Part shown: positions 58,201 through 64,000 of the stretch, one piece after another | Layout of the letters: each line of letters opens with the position of its first letter | Position numbering within the stretch: position 1 is the first letter of the stretch | NCBI GenBank assembly: GCA_002269645.1 | Contig: NIVC01001888.1 | Coordinates: 1-64,000, forward strand | Direction of reading: 5' to 3' | Source of the DNA: Macrostomum lignano | Taxonomy: Eukaryota | Length of the DNA stretch: 64,000 nucleotides | The notes under the pieces: model-generated | The model's input: only the letters and a program-made list of their open reading frames with translations | Told to the model about the DNA's origin: nothing | Databases searched by the model: none | Translations under genes and position numbers: made by a program

Positions 58201-61200
58201 AAATAACGCGGAGTTTGAGCGCACAGTATGAGCGTAATAATATTTGGTATTTATTAATTGAAATTAGCTTTACATTTCGTGATGTGATTTCGTGTTCCGC
58301 ATTCATAACTCTTCTATCTTATTAATATAATTCCTAGATGTATCGCGCGGCAAAACTCAAAGTTAATTAACTGGGCAGAGTTTCCCAGCCTAGCCAAACC
58401 TGAAGCAGCCTGTGTTTGAGACAGTTCTCATCCTCCTGAGTCAGGATTGACAACTTCTGGTCGGCTTTCAGTCCGTTGGCGTCCCAGTTTGAGCCTAAAA
58501 AGTTGTTATAATTGGGTTATATCTCTGAATAATCAATCCAAGATAAGAAGGAAGAAAACTGAGGATGAAGGAAAAATATTGGGGTAAGAAAGAATAAGGG
58601 AGAATCAGAGGGTAGATGGGAGAATTATGGGGTGTCAGGGAGAGTCATGGGGTGTCAGGGAGAAGCATGGGGTGTCAGGGAGAGTCATGGGGTGTCAGGG
58701 AGAAGCATGGGGTGTCAGAGGAGAGTCATGGGGTGTCAGGGAGAGTCATTGGGTGTCAGGGGAGAGTCATGGGGTGTCAGGGAGAGTCATGGGGTGTCAG
58801 GGAGAGTCATGGGGTGTCAGGGAGAGTCATTGGGTGTCAGGGGAGAGTCATGGGGTGTCAGGGAGAGTCATGGGGTGTCAGGGAGAGTCATGGGGTGTCA
58901 GGGAGAAGCATGGGGTGTCAGGGAGAAGCATGGAGTGTCAGGGAGAGTCATTGGGTGTCAGGGGAGAGTCATGGGATGTCAGGGAGAGTCATGGGGTGTC
59001 AGGGAGAGTCATGGGGTGTCAGGGAGAAGCATGGGGTGTCAGGGAGAAGCATGGGGTGTCAGGGAGAAGCATGGGGTGTCATGGAGAGTCATGGGGTGTC
59101 AGGGAGAAGCATGGGGTGTCAGGGAGAAGCATGGGGTGTCAGGGAGAAGCATGGGGTGTCAGGGAGAAGCATGGGGTGTCAGGGAGAAGCATGGGGTGTC
59201 ATGGAGAGTCATGGGGTGTCAGGGAGAAGCATGGGGTGTCAGGGAGAAGCATGGGGTGTCAGGGAGAGTCATGGGGTGTCAGGGAGAAGCATGGGGTGTC
59301 AGAGGAGAGTAATTGGGTGTCAGGGAGAGTCATTGGGTGTCAGGGGAGAGTCATGGGGTGTCAGGGAGAGTCATGGGGTGTCAGGGAGAGTCATGGGGTG
59401 TCAGGGAGAAGCATGGGGTGTCAGGGAGAAGCATGGGGTGTCAGGGAGAAGCATGGGGTGTCAGGGAGAAGCATGGGTGTCAGGGAGAAGCATGGGTGTC
59501 AGGGAGAGTTATGGGGTGTCAGGGAGAAGCATGGGGTGTCAGGGAGACGCATGGGGCGTCAGGGAGAAGCATGGGGTGTCAGGGAGAACTATCGGTTGCC
59601 AGGGAGAATCGCTGGCTGTCAGGGAGACTCGCTGGCTGTCAGGGAGAATCGCTGGCTGTCAGGGAGAATCGCTGGCTGTCAGGGAGAATTGTTGGTGCCA
59701 GGGAGAATCATCGGGTGTCAGGGAGAATTGTTGGTGCCAGGGAGAATCATCGGGTGTCAGGGAGAATGCCATTTGCCTATATTTAACTGGGCCAAAACGA
59801 TATAATATTTTTAATTGGCCTGATGTGGCCTGGATCTCAGCTCAATTCCCAGTTAATTTAGTTCCTGAATTGGGAGCACCATGGAGAGAGAAGCTGAGAC
59901 GAGACGAGATGAGCAGAGCTTAATTCACCTGTCAATCTGTCATTCAGCCCTACCTTTTCCACCTTTACAGTATATCTAGACTTAACACTAGACTTAGAGT
60001 ATATATAGACTTAACACTATGCACGCATTGCTCATGCAGATACGCTTGCTTGGAGAAAGAAGTTATTATAGTTTAATTGATTAAAAATATTTCAGTTATG
60101 CAAATCCTAACGTTAACTTTTAAGGATCAAGAAGGGATTTTATTTTAGGGGATTGAGAAGGGATTGCACTTGAGAGGATCGGGAAGGGATTGTACTTTAG
60201 AGGATCGGGAAGGGATTGTACTTTAGAAGATAGGGAAAGGATTGTACTTTAGAAGATAGGGAAAGGATTGTACTAAAGAGGATCGTGAAGGGATTGTACT
60301 TTAGAGGATCGGGAAGGGATTGTACTTTAGAGGATCGGAAAAGGATTGTACTTTAGAAGATAGGGAAAGTATTGTACTTAAGAGGATCAGGAAGGGATTG
60401 TACTTTAGAGGATCGGAAAGGGATTGTACTTTAGAGGATCGGGAAAGGATTGTACTTTAGAAGATAGGGAAAGGATTGTACTTAAGAGGATCGGGAAGGG
60501 ATTGTACTTTAGAGGATCGGGAAGGGATTGTACTTTAGAGGATCGGGAAAGGATTGTACTTTAGAGGATCCGGAAGGGATTGTACTTTAGAGGATCGGGA
60601 AAGGATTGTACTAAAGAGGATCGGGAAGGGATTGTACTTTAGAGGATCGGGAAAGAATTGTACTTTAGGGGAACTAGACACAAGTCAGAGTCTCACCAAT
60701 GGTATCTGTACTCTTGACCATTTCGGTTGCCAAAGCTGTACCGATAAAACCGAATTTCAGATAACTGCAGTGCCAATCAAGATTATGAAAGTTGATAAAT
60801 TTATATTTGGTCGATCAGCATTCAGTGATAATCAGAAGCAACTCACAAAGGCATCATGTTGTTGGCCAGGTGGAACGGCCACTGAAGGAAAGCTGCTGGT
60901 AGAACTGTAATTTGTTTTTTAAGTAGAGAGAGCTGAGTTTAAATTTTGCAATTGATGAGGCAGAGTTGAGATGTGATTGCAAACGTGTGAGATTGAGATC
61001 GGTGAGATTGAGATCGTGTGAGATTGAGATCGGGTAGAATGAGATTGAGTGAGATTGAGATAGGTGAGATTGAGATCGGGTGAGATTGAGATCGGGTGCG
61101 ATTGAGATCGGGTGAGATTGAGATCGGGTGAGATTCAGATCAGTGAGACTGGGATCGGGTGAGATTGAGATCGGGTGATATTGAGATCGGATGAGATTGA

Positions 61201-63127
61201 GATCGGGTGAGAAACGATACAATACATAGGATGAGACTAGATCGATATATCCTGGATAGAAACCCCCGATGACTCACCCACTGTATTCTCAGCATATCTG
61301 TAACTGGGATACACAGTCGTAATGTCCACAGTTTCTCTGCAATAAATATCAGATAAAAATAGAAAGAAAAATTTTGTGAGGCTACAAAATGTAGTGCACA
61401 GCAATATAACTGCTCAGGCATACTCAAAAATGCTCTGGCTGTCCATGTCGATGCTCTGCCTCAGCCGGCGCTGCAACAGACTCGTCAGATTGACAACCAT
61501 GCTGAGAACCGAGCTTGATGGGCTGACATTCCACTGAGCACGTTGTCCGGGGGTTGGGTGATTGGTTAGCTGTTGCTAAAATGCTCATTTTTATTAACTA
61601 GAAATATAGTATTGGTGTGCCAATCTTAGAACGCTGGAACTTAAGCAGCTCCTTGGAGGTTTATGCATCAACATGTTGGTATTTTAAGCACCTGGGTAGT
61701 TTAAGCACCTGGGTAGTTTAAGCACCTTGGTAGTTAAAGCACCTTGGTAGTTTAAGCACCTTGGTAGTTTAAGCACCTTGGTAGTTTAAGCACCTTGGTA
61801 GTTTAAGCACCTTGGTAGTTTAAGCACCTTGGTAGTTTAAGCACCTTGGTAGTTTAAGCACCTTGGTAGTTTAAGCACCTTGGTAGTTTAAGCACCTTGG
61901 TAGTTTAAGCACCTTGGTAGTTTAAGCACCTTGGTAGTTTAAGCACCTGGGTAGTTTAAGCACCTTGGTAGTTTAAGCACCTTGGTAGTTTAAGCACCTT
62001 GGTAGTTTAAGCACCTTGGTAGTTTAAGCACCTTGGTAGTTTAAGCACCTTGGTAGTTTAAGCACCTTGGTAGTTTAAGCACCTTGGTAGTTTAAGCACC
62101 TTGGTAGTTTAAGCACCTTGGTAGTTTAAGCACCTTGGTAGTTTAAGCACCTTGGTAGTTTAAGCACCTTGGTAGTTTAAGCACCTGGGTAGCTTAAGGA
62201 TTTGAGAAGTTTAACGCAAACAAGTAACCAGGGTAGTTCAAGTGCCAGAGAAGATGGAAGGACTGAACATATAATTAAATCACTCACTTCCGAGAAATAC
62301 CGATTGAGGAAGTCATCAGCCATTTGAGTCTTGCTGAAGCCAATTAAGAATCGCATTTTGTTAATCTGAAGTAAGATTTATGTGGGGAATTATTTGAAAT
62401 TCTGGACATAAATTAGAAAATTTGGACATGAATTTGGATAGCTCACCTTGTCTGTTATTTTCTCAATCACCTGAGGATTCAGATTGCTTCGATTTCTTGC
62501 AATATTCACGAACGCCTTCCTGAGATACGGCACGATTGTGCTCGATATCTGAAATTGGGGGAATTCAAAGGCTTGACTTATTCATTTCCAAAGCCACTGG
62601 AAGGTACACCAAAAATATTAGTGAGAGAACGCTAACATCTTCAAAAAAGCACTGAAGCTACAGAAACCAGAAAGCAGCGGAAACTTCAACAGAAATAGAA
62701 GAAGAAATAACCATGGCAAAAAACTACAAAAGCTGTGAAAGCCTGATAATAAGTAATAGGAAGAAACAGAAATAAAAAAATCAGAATTGGAGTAACAAGA
62801 GGAACAGAAAGCAACAAAAGCAGCAGAAAGCAACAAAAGCAGCAGAAAGCAACAAAAGCAGCAGAAAGCAACAAAAGCAGCAGAAAGCAACGGAGCGAGC
62901 AGTAAGGCCTCACCAGCTCCAGCCGCAGGCGGTGCCCCAGCTCCTTATGGTAGGCGGCGTTCAAGCCGGGCCCGGTCAGCAGGCGCAGGCAGGGCAGCCA
63001 GAACTCCTCAGCCAGTTCCTGGCCCAGCCTGCGCGCCCGGTACGCCTGCAGGTGGCGCCTCGATGGCGCCGAGTAGAACGGCGCGAACTTGTAGATGACG
63101 CAGAACTCCAGAAATTTTCTCAAATCG
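55300..63127 (-). CDS. Neprilysin/endothelin-converting-enzyme (peptidase M13) family homologue, predicted non-catalytic; 3' part only. Exons 63127-62914, 62548-62447, 62365-62288, 61575-61424, 61336-61278, 60904-60847, 60764-60697, 58494-58400, 57455-57276, 56645-56575, 55393-55300
   Basis: Eleven GT-AG exons splice in frame and follow the M13 order: DLRKFLEF...WLPCL, LRKAF...KINKMRFLIGF, YRYAENTVVLPAAFLQWPF, KFGFIGTALATEMVKSTDTIG, ENCL, LGLQVAAEAY, LSLPTVGYSPTQALFLAFAQAHCG, RVHLALQHSRLFHRSFHCP...NC. The 5' exons lie beyond the window. Confidence 0.85.
55462..55820. repeat. 20-bp intronic minisatellite (CCCAGTGGGTCACTGCTACT)
   Basis: Direct reading. Confidence 0.92.
55985..56442. repeat. 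21-bp intronic minisatellite (CCATCGTCTGACAGGTACCTT)
   Basis: Direct reading. Confidence 0.92.
56865..57217. repeat. 21-22-bp intronic minisatellite (ATCTGACAGACTCATCAAAAT)
   Basis: Direct reading. Confidence 0.9.
57484..58200. repeat. 15-16-bp intronic minisatellite (GAGTGACATTGCATA)
   Basis: Direct reading. Confidence 0.9.
58625..59765. repeat. 20-bp intronic minisatellite (GGGGTGTCAGGGAGAGTCAT)
   Basis: Direct reading. Confidence 0.92.
60155..60668. repeat. 26-bp intronic minisatellite (GGGAAGGGATTGTACTTTAGAGGATC)
   Basis: Direct reading. Confidence 0.9.
60975..61212. repeat. 16-bp intronic minisatellite (GAGATTGAGATCGGGT)
   Basis: Direct reading. Confidence 0.85.
61685..62195. repeat. 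17-bp intronic minisatellite (TTAAGCACCTTGGTAGT), ~30 near-identical units
   Basis: Direct reading. Confidence 0.95.
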
Positions 63128-63239
63128 CTGTTTTGGTAGGTAAGAAGCGGCTCTTTCTTGTTACTCTACGAGTATATACTCTATACTAAAAGTACTCGAT
63201 ACTCTTGTAGTCTCTCAACTCACCCCGTCTCAAAATTGA

Positions 63240-64000
63240 TTCTCATTTCATCTCACCCCATCTCATCCCATCTCACCCCATCTCATCCCTTCTCATCCCA
63301 TCTCATCCTGTCTCATCCCATATCATCCTGTCTCATCCCATATCATCCTGTCTCATCCCTTCTCATCCCATCTCATCCTGTCTCATCCTATATCATCCTG
63401 TCTCATCCCTTCTCATCCCATCTCATCCCTTCTCATCCCATCTCATCCTGTCTCATCCTATATCATCCTGTCTCATCCTATATCATCCTGTCTCATCCTA
63501 TATCATCCTGTCTCATCCTATATCACCCTGTCTCATCCTATATCATCCTGTCTCATCCCACATCATCCTGTCTCATCCCATCTTATCCCATCTCATCCCG
63601 TCTCATCCCATCTCATCCCTTCTCATCTCATCTCATCCTGTCTCATCCTATATCATCCTGTCTCATCCTATATCATCCTGTCTCATCCTATATCACCCTG
63701 TCTCATCCTATATCATCCTGTCTCATCCTATATCATCCTGTCTCATCCTATATCATCCTGTCTCATCCTATATCACCCTGTCTCATCCTATATCATCCTG
63801 TCTCATCCTATATCATCCTGTCTCATCCTATATCATCCTGTCTCATCCCATATCATCCTGTCTCATCCCATCTTATCCCATCTCATCCCGTCTCATCCCA
63901 TCTCATCCCAATTAATCCCGTCTCATCCCACCCCATTTCCTCCCATCTCATCCCATCTCATCCCATCTATCTTATCACATCTCATCCCAATGCATCCCGT
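63240..64000. repeat. 5-bp-based (TCTCA/TCCCA) intronic array; runs off the window
   Basis: Direct reading. Confidence 0.9.

Noticed and set aside
59930-59980. Apparent phase-compatible mini-exon (YTVKVEKVGLNDRLTG) in the M13 gene
   Set aside because: Exon 60764-60697 already joins 58494 in frame with M13 homology (DTIG-SNWDANG); this segment has none.

Overview
Eukaryotic (spliceosomal-intron) animal genomic DNA, very rich in tandem repeats. The style is compatible with a flatworm such as Macrostomum, but that is inference only. Contents in order: (1) an apparently intact ~5.9 kb non-LTR retrotransposon (ORF1; ORF2 = APE endonuclease-RT-RNase H-CCHC, R1/LOA-like) inserted into a 12-bp satellite; (2) a 3.6 kb (CTAT)n tract and other arrays; (3) a small ankyrin-repeat gene and a two-exon SNAPC1 orthologue; (4) at 25-50 kb, a cluster of RNA-binding regulator genes built as a large inverted duplication (arms ~25650-36305 and ~41955-49754). 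Each arm carries a nanos gene head-to-head with a minimal TIS11/ZFP36-type tandem CCCH zinc-finger (TZF) gene. The arms appear reciprocally damaged: arm 1 has intact nanos and a frameshifted TZF; arm 2 has an intact TZF and a deleted, nonsense-mutated nanos. A third, diverged TZF gene lies in the spacer and a zinc-finger-less nanos relic lies just outside arm 1; (5) a two-domain small heat-shock protein ending in CRCC; (6) the 3' part of a neprilysin (M13)-family gene that has lost its zinc and catalytic residues, with a different minisatellite in almost every long intron. Most long ORFs in the supplied track are repeat artefacts. Most real genes had to be rebuilt by hand from GT-AG exons, and repeat boundaries are approximate.
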